Shown piece after piece: positions 10,501 to 20,596 of a DNA stretch of 64,000 nt. Below the pieces are notes generated by a model. The model had not been told where the DNA came from and made no database searches. It saw only the letters and a list, made by a program, of their open reading frames with translations. This DNA comes from a virus. Made by a program: the position numbers and the translations under genes. Position 1 is the stretch's first letter, and every line of letters begins with the position of its first letter. Location: the IMG/VR virus record IMGVR_UViG_3300022924_000018, positions 1 through 64,000 of that record; one strand, written 5' to 3'.

Positions 10501-13254
10501 GCAGAGAAAGACTTTAGGGAATACGCTAAGTTGGTTCTTAAAGAGGCTAAAGGAGATTTCCAAACATTTGCCGTTGAGATATTGGGAACTTTGGGTGTAG
10601 ATGCTAAAAAGTATTTGCCTAAGTTATACGAAGAGATAGGCGGTAAAGGCAAAGTTGATATGGAAAACCTAATTGATAAACCTTTTGTGAAAGACGGAGA
10701 ATTAGTAATTCCTAACAACTACATACGTGACTTAGTTAATCAGGGAATAACGGATATAAACGAGTTATCAGAGGCAGTTAAAAAGATTGTAGAAACAGAT
10801 TTGCCTGATGTTACTTTAAGAGAGGTAAGGGATGCTATAACTAAATACGGCAAAACAGTTAACCAAACAGCAGATGAAGTAACACGAAGCATTAATGAAG
10901 CTAAAAGATTAGGGAGGTTATACTCTGAATTAGAGGATTTGGCTAATCAAAAGAAAAAGGCTAAAACTATTAAGCAGACTAATAAAATATCTCAGCAGGA
11001 AAGGGAATTAAAAAGACAAGCGAGAATACTAGAAGATAGATTACCTAAAACCAATGAGGAGATTGTTTTAGCGGAGGAGAAAAGAATTACCAATGCTATA
11101 TCCGCTACTGAAAGGGCTATACTAGATACTCAAGAGAGAATTGAAAACGGAGAGCTAGAAAGGGAAGTAAATAATGTACCTGAAACTCCTGAATTGAAAG
11201 AGGCTAGGGAACGATTGAAAGTTGAACAAGATAAATTAGCAGAATTACAGAAAGAAGCGGGTGTATTTGAGAGAAGAAGGGTAGAGAACAGAAAGAAACA
11301 GCTAGATAAATTTATAGCGGAGAGAAGACAGAGATTAGCTGATAGAAACTTTGCACCTAAAGCTAAAGCAGAACCTATACAGGCAGATGCAGAGCTTTTA
11401 AAGTTAGAAGAAGAAGCTAACAGGATAAGGAATGAATATGAGGAAGCACATTATGAGAATGAGCAAAGAAACAGACCTCTATCCCAAAAGATATATGACA
11501 ATGCTATTGGTTGGGGAACAGGTATTCAACGTGCTTTACAAGCAGGGTTAGATGCTAGTGCTTTCTTAGTTCAGGGTGTTATTGCTATTGGTTCACAAAA
11601 TCCTGTTAAAACATGGGAGGCGGTAAAAGAGTCAGCTAAATTCTTGGCATCAGAGAAATATGAGCAAGAGTTTTTTACTAAACTAAAATCTGCTAAAGAC
11701 TTTAACGAGATGAAAGAGTCTGGTCTTGCGCTTAACTATCCAAATTCTAAATTAGGTAGCAGGGATTACCAATTGCAGGGAAGTGAAATTAGTAAGATAT
11801 GGAACTTTATAGTGTCGCCATTAAAATATACGATAGGAGAAAAGGCTTATGAAAGAGCAAAGCTATTTAATCCTTATAGAGCAACAGAGCGCTCGTTTAC
11901 AGGCGCTATTGATACGTTGAGAGTACAAATGTTCAGGGAGTTCACAACATTGCTTAAACAGGATGGAATTACCTTTGAAAGCAATCCTGAAATGTATAAG
12001 ACTGCTGCAAATGCTGTAAACAACATGACTTTTAGAGGTAGATTAAGAACGTTAGAACCAATTGCAAAAGAACTATCGGTATTATTCTTTGCCCCTAGAA
12101 AGATTTCAGCAACACTAGCACTTACAAACCCTTATTATTGGGGGGATTTAGCGGTAAACAATCCTACAGTAGCTAAAAGGGCTTTATTGAAGATGGCTAG
12201 CTTTATTGCACTTGCTACGACTTTGACTTTAGCGCATAAGGCTTTTAACGATGATGAGGAAGATGAGAATAAAGACATATTCAATCCTATCAGTCCTGAC
12301 TTTATGAAGTTAAAGATTGGTAATACTAGATTGGATTTCTTTGGGGGATTAAATCAGAACGTTGTATTGTTTGCGAGGATGTGGACTAATAAGTATAAGA
12401 CTTCTACATCAAGCAAAGTAAGTACGCTTGGAGATAATGCTTTTGTTCCTACAAGGGCTGAATTAGCCTCAAGGTTCTTAACTAATAAATTTGCCCCTAC
12501 AAGTGCATTACTATACAGATGGGCTGACCAAGGCAAAGGAAGACAAGTAGAATGGGGAGATGAGGCTTTAAATGGGGTAACACCAATATGGGCGCAAAAC
12601 ATTAAAGAGCTTTACAAAGAACATCCCGCTACTATGGCTTCGTTCTTGACGGGTATGGCTTTCTTCGGACAGAACATGAGTACATACGGTGGTGCTAAAT
12701 TTATGGAAAGAGGAAAGGATGATAAGCTTATTGATTTGGTGTCGGAAAAGGGAGGTTCTTTTAGTGAGAAAACTCGTTCAAGCATTGAAGTTGTAGATGA
12801 GAAAACAACGGAGAAAAGAGGGGTTACTACGGCAGAGTTTGAGAAGTATGAAAAAGAGTACGGGGATTATGTTAAAGCAGAACTTAAATCTAACTATACA
12901 AAGCTAAAAGCAATGAATACAGAGGATTTTGAGAAAGAGTTGAAGAAGATTAAATCTAACGCAACAGAGGTCGCTAAAGAAGCTGTATCAGGCATTGACG
13001 AGGATATGTTAAAGATGAGGAAAGACGGAGAAACAGTTAAACTAACTCCTGAACAATTACAGGAACGTATAAGCTTAAATAAAGAGTTTATGAAGAAAGC
13101 AATAACCAAAAAGGACAGGTACATCAGATACTTTATGCGAAAAGATAAGGTTAGTAAGGAAGTAGCGGAAAAGAAAGCAGATAAAAAGCTTAAAAGCCTT
13201 GCTAATGAATTTTCTAAATCAAAGATGGAAAAAGAGGTATTCTCTAATAAATAA
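7507..13254 (+). CDS. Large polyvalent/ejected virion protein with internal GNAT-like domain and C-terminal hydrophobic region
   Basis: 1915 aa, long coiled coils, VSEGYRRKGIATAMY acetyl-CoA-binding-like motif, PISPDFMKLKIGNTRLDFFGG motif. Confidence 0.7.
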   Translation: MLQAIPKSVYKTASDVIQSQINSISPKDKSIKSNDGKSLAEQYFRDVLSIFDDKNIVDVAKNLNPAMNSLNELSRSVVNSNVSQEQKNETIKELNKMKASIQGRVNMMDEYAARNPYPQNIATNTAVGIAGMLPDIAVAGLGGAGATGEALAARVGSAIEGKVPAIVQKLAPKAAALLERSVKAPFTKVMAAKGAAEGGASNAQSPLLGMVEGGLKGTGEGMYMHVLGEAAGKVSPYISKVIGKTGASSEISTAIANPLANAGVFTAGKAIRTPLEEGRMATQEELEHEMAMGIGFSLLHAGQTFKTHQEANHFYENTLKTDPQESLGRILNEKPENILRDYNPELNVKDLTEARNELKDAIIKEPDLAVKKQLGEEALKIQNQLDAKEAVEGIVKDKDALVEMVAKLPELNPKQKEEYVTKIEQIANDYDPVEVEKNTLNNKIQKSQDNIDYWEGRLKEEKVPSERMEIEKSIDNNKKFIEDDTKRLKEIIDTPKEIKPVEEVKAEEQPTTPKEKETPLEKTKTPLNETKEQPIPKVENVEEVSAPKTEKASPTAGEESVKKGELKDKTYTTNDGEKLDIKIFDGINGEVESVSDIKNKDRLSFSLFNDKGQSVAGVSFWKDKDGKWVSNMTNVSEGYRRKGIATAMYQFAKENGYDIKSSDFRSEIGNKFTNKFFKENKPFDLEERQAELRAKENVSDNKQPTVKGETKANAEVIQPTKDDGRRNESKAERVGTADQEDTGVSGIKKKLVSDEIIEGVNIDKISDKEMQDLGKKLIDTGEIKPKEIVDEIAGMRRKVTIKGRDWVDERTDSNPRALQPKEVVALIHYKATLDNERRELLTESNKLASEGKSTKAVDAKLARLQDDINSYDVMSVITAQQQSLAFRLRKGLLDKDYNLVEQIEQYKKTNGGEIPADVEAKFKALNKELTDLKEKIAVAEKKAQEASDSQAIDNIKQDVERSDKTRKSSLSTTEQARKKELAKKYRVFNDVSRIVTLIAEKDFREYAKLVLKEAKGDFQTFAVEILGTLGVDAKKYLPKLYEEIGGKGKVDMENLIDKPFVKDGELVIPNNYIRDLVNQGITDINELSEAVKKIVETDLPDVTLREVRDAITKYGKTVNQTADEVTRSINEAKRLGRLYSELEDLANQKKKAKTIKQTNKISQQERELKRQARILEDRLPKTNEEIVLAEEKRITNAISATERAILDTQERIENGELEREVNNVPETPELKEARERLKVEQDKLAELQKEAGVFERRRVENRKKQLDKFIAERRQRLADRNFAPKAKAEPIQADAELLKLEEEANRIRNEYEEAHYENEQRNRPLSQKIYDNAIGWGTGIQRALQAGLDASAFLVQGVIAIGSQNPVKTWEAVKESAKFLASEKYEQEFFTKLKSAKDFNEMKESGLALNYPNSKLGSRDYQLQGSEISKIWNFIVSPLKYTIGEKAYERAKLFNPYRATERSFTGAIDTLRVQMFREFTTLLKQDGITFESNPEMYKTAANAVNNMTFRGRLRTLEPIAKELSVLFFAPRKISATLALTNPYYWGDLAVNNPTVAKRALLKMASFIALATTLTLAHKAFNDDEEDENKDIFNPISPDFMKLKIGNTRLDFFGGLNQNVVLFARMWTNKYKTSTSSKVSTLGDNAFVPTRAELASRFLTNKFAPTSALLYRWADQGKGRQVEWGDEALNGVTPIWAQNIKELYKEHPATMASFLTGMAFFGQNMSTYGGAKFMERGKDDKLIDLVSEKGGSFSEKTRSSIEVVDEKTTEKRGVTTAEFEKYEKEYGDYVKAELKSNYTKLKAMNTEDFEKELKKIKSNATEVAKEAVSGIDEDMLKMRKDGETVKLTPEQLQERISLNKEFMKKAITKKDRYIRYFMRKDKVSKEVAEKKADKKLKSLANEFSKSKMEKEVFSNK

Positions 13255-13297
13255 ATTAAATAATAACTTTACAACATAAACTTAAATACAGATAATC

Positions 13298-13774
13298 ATG
13301 GCCTTAACACCTAGTCTATCATACTCCCAATCATCTGATGGAAAAATTCTTACCATTATAGACACATCAAACTATGTCGCTCAAAGTGTAGACCCTGCTT
13401 CATATGTCAGAACCGTAGAGATATGGACTCTAAAAGATGCAAGTGGTTCTTTATTGGATACCTTAACATTTAATGGTTCAGAGTTAACGGTTGACTACGA
13501 TTTAACTGCCGACCTTTATCTATCCCTTAAACTAATATTTACAGGCTCACCTAGTGTTGCTAGCAAGATTATCAATATCGGAACTACCCAATTTGAATAC
13601 ATTGCCTTAGATAAGCGTTTAATGAAAAACTGTGGATGTAGTAACAGTAAAGGATGTGATAAGACTACTTTAGGTGCTTTATATTTAAGTAGGGCAGAAC
13701 AGCAGGTATTAGCAGGTAATCCCGCTAAGTTCAACTCATACATTCAAGCTAGTCTTAAAGTGTTAAACGGATAA
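13298..13774 (+). CDS. Putative virion structural protein
   Basis: 158 aa, CGC motif, late operon. Confidence 0.45.
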   Translation: MALTPSLSYSQSSDGKILTIIDTSNYVAQSVDPASYVRTVEIWTLKDASGSLLDTLTFNGSELTVDYDLTADLYLSLKLIFTGSPSVASKIINIGTTQFEYIALDKRLMKNCGCSNSKGCDKTTLGALYLSRAEQQVLAGNPAKFNSYIQASLKVLNG

Positions 13775-13777
13775 GCC

Positions 13778-14395
13778 ATGACAATAGAGGAAATACAAGA
13801 TACTATTCTACTTGCCAACTCGTTCACGCTTGAGCTTACTGATCTTTTATTAGAGGAGCAAAAGAAGGGCTGTAGCGGATGCAAATATGAAGGACAGATA
13901 AATCAGATAAACAACTTAGTTCTTTCGTTAGAGAACAGGATAAGCCGTAATGATTTAAGTTTAGATACATATAAGATTTACAGTTGCCTTTTAACAGCTA
14001 TAGAGAACTTTAGTGGTTCTTCTGTAATCGACCCTAACGCTTTGGTTAGCGGAATAACAATTATTGTAGATGGTGGAGGAAGTGGTGACGATACACCTGA
14101 TTCTATTGACGTGTTCTATTCCGATATGACGGGTGACGATGGTAATGGTGGCAGAACAACTTATACCAACACTGATTTAATAGGTTGGATTCCATTTATT
14201 CAAACACTAGGCGTTTCTATGCTTTATATTGATGTAGACTTTACGTGGAACTCAAGTACCGCAGTTTTGGAGTTATTGCCTAATGGAAATTTACCTGCTA
14301 TTTATTCAGGCGGTACATTCAGAATTACAGGTTATAAGAGAGATGGGGATGTGCCTATAAACCCTTTAGTTCCGTTATTAATAAATTGGTCTTAA
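13778..14395 (+). CDS. Putative virion structural protein
   Basis: 205 aa acidic, late operon. Confidence 0.45.
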   Translation: MTIEEIQDTILLANSFTLELTDLLLEEQKKGCSGCKYEGQINQINNLVLSLENRISRNDLSLDTYKIYSCLLTAIENFSGSSVIDPNALVSGITIIVDGGGSGDDTPDSIDVFYSDMTGDDGNGGRTTYTNTDLIGWIPFIQTLGVSMLYIDVDFTWNSSTAVLELLPNGNLPAIYSGGTFRITGYKRDGDVPINPLVPLLINWS

Positions 14396-14407
14396 CAAGG
14401 TATAAAA

Positions 14408-15412
14408 ATGAGTTCTATAAAATCTTTAGCCGATAATTCGGTGTCAACATATCCAACAGATAGCAATGTAAACGTATATGCTACGGGAAGCACACCTATG
14501 CAGGTTATATTAAGTTCAGGAGAAGAGGTAACAATAGCAGAGTTAAACGGAGGTAGTCCTATTACAACAAGTCCCTTTGACTTTACCTACAATTCCTCTA
14601 CATTTCCAAGTGGCGTTAATCCTGTAGTTACAGATGTAGGAACAGACAAAACAATAACATTTACATTTTCAGGAGATATAGATTCAGGTGATTTACCTAT
14701 CATATGCAAGTACTTAGGTGATACTTTAATTGATAATAAGATTTCAAGAGCAACAGGAACAACATTGATTAATGTAATACCAACAGTTGATGGGTATATT
14801 TGTAGTCCTGTAAGCTTTGATGAGTTGATTTTTGATGAAGATAAAGATGTTGATATTGTCCTAACTCCTGTTATAGTCCCTGCATTATATTCGGGATACA
14901 CATTAGATAATCCTGAAACATTTAATAACGGGATAGTTTTAAATGAAGTCGACGGTGTATATAAGAGTGAGGGAGGTTCAGAGTTTATAGGTCAAGGATT
15001 AGAGGGAATGGTCGTAAATGGTAAAAGAGCAATTATTTACACAGAGGATACTAAAAATATAGTTTTTGGTTTAGGTGCTTCGGGAATGGATAACCTATAT
15101 GATGCTCCTGCAATATCTTTTGAGATTGACAGTATGGGATTTGTTATTGTAGTTAAAAATAATGTTTACGTGTCCGACTTATCCCCACAACCATCTGTTG
15201 GACAAGGCTTATTGTTTAAACGTATGACAGTAGAAGACCCATCAACAGAATTAACTACCATAAGGGTTGGACGTACCATAGATGGAGAAAACTTTCTAAC
15301 AGGCTATCAGGACGTACCATTACAGTATTTTAGAGATACAGGGCGTTGTGCGGTTTATGAAATGGCTAACAATACATCAATAGAATTAAATCATCCACAA
15401 TATAAAGCTTAA
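14408..15412 (+). CDS. Putative virion structural protein (beta-rich)
   Basis: 334 aa, T/S/D/V-rich. Confidence 0.45.
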   Translation: MSSIKSLADNSVSTYPTDSNVNVYATGSTPMQVILSSGEEVTIAELNGGSPITTSPFDFTYNSSTFPSGVNPVVTDVGTDKTITFTFSGDIDSGDLPIICKYLGDTLIDNKISRATGTTLINVIPTVDGYICSPVSFDELIFDEDKDVDIVLTPVIVPALYSGYTLDNPETFNNGIVLNEVDGVYKSEGGSEFIGQGLEGMVVNGKRAIIYTEDTKNIVFGLGASGMDNLYDAPAISFEIDSMGFVIVVKNNVYVSDLSPQPSVGQGLLFKRMTVEDPSTELTTIRVGRTIDGENFLTGYQDVPLQYFRDTGRCAVYEMANNTSIELNHPQYKA

Positions 15413-15418
15413 AATAAA

Positions 15419-16525
15419 ATGAGTACAATATGTAACTTATCGTGGGTTGAAATGCCTCCTGAACCAACAACAGAATTTGATGTTCTTAACACTTATGAGC
15501 AGATGTTTACACATGTGAACTTTGCCTTTGGTTCAGGAACAGACGGACAGCACATAACAACTATACCTGCAAAGAAAGGTGGTAAGCCCCTTATTTATTC
15601 AGGAGTAAATAATCCGTTAATTGGAGGAGCGCCAATATTAACTATTTTTAAAGATGACCCAACCGAGGCTAGTATAGATGTTCCAAATATCCCTAGCTTA
15701 ATGTATAGAAGTGCTGAATTTGACCCAAGTCTTGCTAATCCAAGAGAAGTAGCGTTTGTTATGAGGTTTTTAGCAGGGCAAGATTATGAGCAGTTTCAGG
15801 ACACCTTTGTAGGTGGTGACCCATTTGGAGATTCAGGGGCTCAATTTAGAGTGATAGACGGAGTTAATCAGAAAGCAGGTTTTAGAGCAAGAGTTGGAAA
15901 CAATGATGTGATCGGCAGTTCTTTTTGCCCCTACTGGAAGAAATCTTTAGTTCAATTGTCAATGACAGACTCACTAACTAGAATGTGGGTTAATGGAGTT
16001 TACCAAGGTTCAATAGAACCTAGCGATGCTTTACTTAAAACATGCAATGAGATTTTTGTAAACACTAATAATCCTGACCAACAATGGTTTGCTTCTTATC
16101 ATAAAGTTGATGGGTTGTTTAGTGATGATGACAGGCTTAAAATAGGTGTTTCTTTAATGAGAAAACATAAATGTGGTGTAGACCCTCAATTCCCATATGC
16201 AATTAATGTAGCACAGGGGTTATCATCAGGAGTTTGGTCTAGTACTTATACAACGAGAAATCCATCAGGAGGAGGTATTAATCCTGCTCTTACACAAAAT
16301 CAATGGATTATTAATATTAGGAATACGGGGGCTTTTGAATATCAAAAAGTTATTGCTACTACACCAACGGTAACGGAGTCTGCTGTTAATGCTGCTGTTG
16401 CTGCTTATAAAGCTGAAATAGGTGGTTCATTTGAGAGTTCACATATTTACAATCAGGTAAAGGCTTTTGATAATTCAGGGTTTGGGTGGAAATATATGCG
16501 TGGAGATTATAGTTTAATAGCATAA
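15419..16525 (+). CDS. Putative structural protein, possible LamG/ConA-like domain
   Basis: TRMWVNGVYQGS segment, beta-rich. Confidence 0.4.
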   Translation: MSTICNLSWVEMPPEPTTEFDVLNTYEQMFTHVNFAFGSGTDGQHITTIPAKKGGKPLIYSGVNNPLIGGAPILTIFKDDPTEASIDVPNIPSLMYRSAEFDPSLANPREVAFVMRFLAGQDYEQFQDTFVGGDPFGDSGAQFRVIDGVNQKAGFRARVGNNDVIGSSFCPYWKKSLVQLSMTDSLTRMWVNGVYQGSIEPSDALLKTCNEIFVNTNNPDQQWFASYHKVDGLFSDDDRLKIGVSLMRKHKCGVDPQFPYAINVAQGLSSGVWSSTYTTRNPSGGGINPALTQNQWIINIRNTGAFEYQKVIATTPTVTESAVNAAVAAYKAEIGGSFESSHIYNQVKAFDNSGFGWKYMRGDYSLIA

Positions 16526-16536
16526 TAAAAAACAAG

Positions 16537-19263
16537 ATGAAAAGAATATTAACGATATTATTAATGGGTATTGCCTTTGCTTCATATGGACAGGCAGACA
16601 TTAACAGGACAGTAAAAACACCTGCAACGGGTTCTAATCAAAATAAGACTGCTGTAAGAGATGCTAATCTAACTGCTGTTTATAATTTAAGGATGCCATC
16701 TTGGAGTTCGTTCAACCTGTTTAATGCTAAGCCTGATAGTGCAGGCTACATAGGCTACCAAAACGTAATTAAAAGAGCAGCTATTTGGAGTGGCAATAAG
16801 TTTGACACATTGGCATTTACTCAAGATTTAGCAAATTACATGACTATTACAGACGGTTTAAAGCGATTAGACAGCATAACTGTTAGTGGGCTGACTGTTA
16901 CCGCATATGCTCCTATTCAGTGGCGTATAAACGCTGTAAATTATCAAAAATTAACAAATAGCGTATTCTCTATTCCTGCTACTACAGACGGGTATAACAG
17001 AATAGATTTATTATATGCCACGACAAGTAATACAGTTTTGAGATTACAGGGTACAGAAACTATGGGTGTAGCAGTAGAACCCGTTCCTCCTGTTAATACA
17101 ATTAAGGTAAGTGCCATATTTATTACAGGAAGCACTATAAGTCCTCCTTTTCCAGATTTAACGGATTATCTTACAAAGAGTGAGGCAACATTATTATATC
17201 CTACTTTTAATTATCTTACATCAAACTACTATACAAGCTCACAATCGGACAGTAAATATATATATGCAAGTCCAAATACTCCACAATCAGCAAGCATAGA
17301 CATAACAGATAATGCAACTATTGGCTCTAATTTATCAGTAGGAAATAACGCAACAATTGAAAGGACTTTATTCACATCTGATATAAGGTCATTAACTGGG
17401 GAGAATTTAACGTTATATACTGCTAATAATTTATACCTTAACCTATCGGGAGGTAGTAAGCTTATTGTTGGTGATGCAACCGAGGGTGCTGTTGCTGATT
17501 TTAGAACTACCGTTAATTTGATTAAAATACCAACAACAGCAACAGGCACCAATTACTCATTAGTAAGAGATAGTGTATCAGGAGAGATTAAGCAACAAAT
17601 GATTACAGGAGGCGGAGGCGGTTCAGGAACTGTTACAAGCGTTTCAAGTGCTAACGGAGATATAAGTGTAGCAACGGGAACAACAACCCCTTTATTGACC
17701 TTAAATAGTGGCACAGGGGCAAACCAAATTGTTAAAAGAGATGGTAGTGGTAATATCGCTGATTTATCAGGATATGCTTTATTAAATGGTAACAATACAT
17801 TTAACGGAATAGAAACAATAACTGAATCGGCATTTCCTGATTACAATACAGTAGTAAGGTCATACAACATACAGGTTAATGATATAGCGGGTTATTTTGG
17901 TAGATTATCTCCTGCCGAGCTTTTAATACAAGGTAATCTTTCGGGAAGTGGATTTGTATTAAGGGGTGATAACGTTACAGGGGCGCTAAAGACATTTCAA
18001 ATGCCTAATGTATCGGGTATATTAGCTTTAACTTCTGATTTACACTCTCCGGTAACTATAGGGACTGCTAACGGACTTTCTTTAGCCGGACAAGCATTAT
18101 CTATGGCTTTAGCAAACGGAAGCGTTACAGGGGCTTTAAATGCCACTGATTACAACACATTCAACAACAAACAACCTCAACTCAACGGAACAGGATTTGT
18201 AAAGGCATCTGGAACAACGATTAGTTACGACAATAGCACTTATCTTACAACGACAGCAGCGGCAGCAGGGTATGTAGATTTAACTACTAATCAAAATGTT
18301 GGAGGCACTAAAACAATGACTGCTAATAACTTTTATATAGATGGCAGTGTGGGTACTCAAAAGATGTTTGGATTTAGTGGCGCTGATACTAATCCTAACT
18401 TTAAAGGTGTTTATGACTTTGATGGTGGTTACAGCGGGTTTCAATCAGGTACTAATAAAGGTGTTCAGGTATTCGGATATTGGGGAGTAACTATTCAGGG
18501 CAATACTCAACAGGCGACTCCTAACACATTAGCAACTATCACTGGGGCTACAACAGATAATAGCTTAACTGTACTTCAAACAACATCTAATGCACCTATA
18601 ATGGAGATAAAGGCTGCATCAGGAATATCTGCTAATTATTTAAACATAAGTACAAGTGCAGGAACAGGAAATATTTTTAATATCAACTCTTCGGGTAATG
18701 CAACATTAGCGGGCAGTTTAAACGGCATAACATTTACAAATTCAGGGACTAAGACTTTAAACTTAGCTAGTGGAAGTTCTTTAATTACTTCGGGGGCTTT
18801 CTCCACTACTTTAACATCAACAGCTAATACAACAGTTACCTTTCCCACAACAGGAACTTTATACGGTACAGCTACGGGAAGTATTACATCAGCACAGTTA
18901 TTAGCTTCTTTAAGTAATGAAACAGGGACAGGTGTAGCAGTATTTGGTACATCACCAACAATTACAACTCCCAATTTAACTTATGCCATAGCAAATAAAA
19001 CCACCACTTATACAGTTGTTTTAACAGACTATACATTGACAGGGGATGCAACTACAGCCTCTTTTACTATGACTTTACCTACAGCAGCTTCATCAACGGG
19101 AAAGATTTTTAGCTTTAAGAAGATAGATAGTTCAGCGAACACGGTGACTATCAAAGGTAATGGTGCAGAATTGATTGATGGAACTAATACAAAAGTAATT
19201 ACTACTCAATATGGCGGTTTTACATTGCAAAGCAACGGAACGGTATGGTACATTATATTATAA
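16537..19263 (+). CDS. Tail-fibre-like protein with N-terminal Sec signal peptide
   Basis: G/T/S-rich fibre motifs (SGTVTSV, FNNKQ, ETGTGVAVFGTSPT, C-terminal TLPTA..GK.F.FKKIDSS.NTVTI); N-terminus MKRILTILLMGIAFASYG-Q. Confidence 0.65.
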   Translation: MKRILTILLMGIAFASYGQADINRTVKTPATGSNQNKTAVRDANLTAVYNLRMPSWSSFNLFNAKPDSAGYIGYQNVIKRAAIWSGNKFDTLAFTQDLANYMTITDGLKRLDSITVSGLTVTAYAPIQWRINAVNYQKLTNSVFSIPATTDGYNRIDLLYATTSNTVLRLQGTETMGVAVEPVPPVNTIKVSAIFITGSTISPPFPDLTDYLTKSEATLLYPTFNYLTSNYYTSSQSDSKYIYASPNTPQSASIDITDNATIGSNLSVGNNATIERTLFTSDIRSLTGENLTLYTANNLYLNLSGGSKLIVGDATEGAVADFRTTVNLIKIPTTATGTNYSLVRDSVSGEIKQQMITGGGGGSGTVTSVSSANGDISVATGTTTPLLTLNSGTGANQIVKRDGSGNIADLSGYALLNGNNTFNGIETITESAFPDYNTVVRSYNIQVNDIAGYFGRLSPAELLIQGNLSGSGFVLRGDNVTGALKTFQMPNVSGILALTSDLHSPVTIGTANGLSLAGQALSMALANGSVTGALNATDYNTFNNKQPQLNGTGFVKASGTTISYDNSTYLTTTAAAAGYVDLTTNQNVGGTKTMTANNFYIDGSVGTQKMFGFSGADTNPNFKGVYDFDGGYSGFQSGTNKGVQVFGYWGVTIQGNTQQATPNTLATITGATTDNSLTVLQTTSNAPIMEIKAASGISANYLNISTSAGTGNIFNINSSGNATLAGSLNGITFTNSGTKTLNLASGSSLITSGAFSTTLTSTANTTVTFPTTGTLYGTATGSITSAQLLASLSNETGTGVAVFGTSPTITTPNLTYAIANKTTTYTVVLTDYTLTGDATTASFTMTLPTAASSTGKIFSFKKIDSSANTVTIKGNGAELIDGTNTKVITTQYGGFTLQSNGTVWYIIL

Positions 19264-19270
19264 ATATAAA

Positions 19271-19288
19271 GCGGGTGTAAAAGCCCGC
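19271..19288 (+). terminator. GC hairpin after fibre gene (weak terminator or processing site)
   Basis: GCGGG-TGTAAAAG-CCCGC, poor U-tract. Confidence 0.35.
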
Positions 19289-19311
19289 ATTTCACTTCTA
19301 ATCCCTATTAT

Positions 19312-19971
19312 ATGAAAAAACATCTACTTATTCTTCTTCTTGGGTTATCTACAGCATCTTTTGCGCAAACGCAGGATGTTACCATTTTAGACCCGCATGT
19401 AACGCAGATTCAGAGAACGGCAGACTTACTTTCAGCGTTGCCCCGTCAAAGGGTTTCTACCTCAACAGCCTTAGTTTTAACCGATCAATGGCAGACGGTT
19501 ACATTTGTATCAGGTAATAGCCTTTTTGATATGAACAACTTTGCAACGAGTCGTTGGGACTTCACCAATTCCAAGCTACTCACCAACCCCTTGAATAACT
19601 ATGAACAAGGTTATACATTAAGGTTTGATATGAGTTTACAGAATGTAACAGGCATGAGTAAGGTGCAGCTAAGATTCGTTATTCCTGCCCCTACACCTAC
19701 TTACTTTCCTTTTCCTAACTCAAGTACCAATAGCTTTGTAGACGTCACTACGCTCACTATACAAGGCGAGATAAAGAACAACAGTTTTGGTTATGACATT
19801 TACACTAATTCAGATTTCAGGACTTATGGGTGTCAGATTCAGATGAGGGCATTAAGCTATTCAAACACGAGTAACATTCTTACAGGGCTTATATCGCAAG
19901 TGTTAACAGTACTTACAGGAAGTAACAGGGTAAGCATACTAAACTCATCACTGAATATTTACGCTAAATAA
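19312..19971 (+). CDS. Secreted beta-rich protein with signal peptide
   Basis: MKKHLLILLLGLSTASFA-Q. Confidence 0.6.
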   Translation: MKKHLLILLLGLSTASFAQTQDVTILDPHVTQIQRTADLLSALPRQRVSTSTALVLTDQWQTVTFVSGNSLFDMNNFATSRWDFTNSKLLTNPLNNYEQGYTLRFDMSLQNVTGMSKVQLRFVIPAPTPTYFPFPNSSTNSFVDVTTLTIQGEIKNNSFGYDIYTNSDFRTYGCQIQMRALSYSNTSNILTGLISQVLTVLTGSNRVSILNSSLNIYAK

Positions 19972-19972
19972 T

Positions 19973-19980
19973 TATATTTG
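19973..19980 (+). promoter_or_regulatory. -7 box TATATTTG upstream of peptide gene
   Basis: TAnnTTTG ~30 nt before ATG 20010. Confidence 0.5.
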
Positions 19981-20009
19981 GAGAAACTTATACTTAAAAA
20001 TTAAAAATC

Positions 20010-20156
20010 ATGGAAGAAAATTTACAAAACGAAGAATCGTCTTTAAGAGGTGACACTTGCAATGGGGTAGAGAAACCTACAGATGGCAATGATTGGATTT
20101 GTCAAGATGGTAAATGGGTTAAAATAGATGTTCCAACCCTACCAACAGAACCTTAA
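20010..20156 (+). CDS. 48-aa acidic two-cysteine peptide (not in ORF track)
   Basis: MEENLQNEESSLRGDTCNGVEKPTDGNDWICQDGKWVKIDVPTLPTEP; A-rich leader; fills the intergenic gap. Confidence 0.7.
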   Translation: MEENLQNEESSLRGDTCNGVEKPTDGNDWICQDGKWVKIDVPTLPTEP

Positions 20157-20167
20157 TCATTTCAGAG

Positions 20168-20545
20168 ATGTATAAATACCTACGAGAACATGGGATATTG
20201 ACTACATTTCTAATTCACTGGCTTCTATATTATTTTGCTTTGCTTAATAATACATTGGATTGGGGGTTTAGCGGCAAGTTAAATTACTCAATCCAATGGG
20301 GAAGCCTACCGATATTGGGAATAGGCGTAGCTATTACTTTTTCCAAGTGTATTGATGATTGTAATGTAAGATTGTTAAATGCATGTATATTTAGTATGGC
20401 GGTAAGGCTAGTGGTCATTGTGCTTAAGCCTTGGGGTTTTGACAGTAGTCCTACCATTATGTTCATTTGCGGATTCTGCTTGATATTTTACTTTCTTTAT
20501 GAGTACTTTTACATGAAATCAAAAAGAAGAAAACTATACATTTAA
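20168..20545 (+). CDS. Multi-pass membrane protein (~4 TM)
   Basis: Hydrophobic segments, basic C-terminus. Confidence 0.65.
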   Translation: MYKYLREHGILTTFLIHWLLYYFALLNNTLDWGFSGKLNYSIQWGSLPILGIGVAITFSKCIDDCNVRLLNACIFSMAVRLVVIVLKPWGFDSSPTIMFICGFCLIFYFLYEYFYMKSKRRKLYI

Positions 20546-20550
20546 CTTTG
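20543..20550 (+). promoter_or_regulatory. -7 box TAACTTTG
   Basis: TAnnTTTG upstream of 20597. Confidence 0.4.
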
Positions 20551-20596
20551 CCTATAAGATAAAAATTCTACTTCACAATTTTATAACATTTACACC

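Noticed and set aside
3873-18974. Many minus-strand ORFs of 60-120 aa inside structural genes
   Set aside because: Antisense shadows of long, codon-biased plus-strand genes
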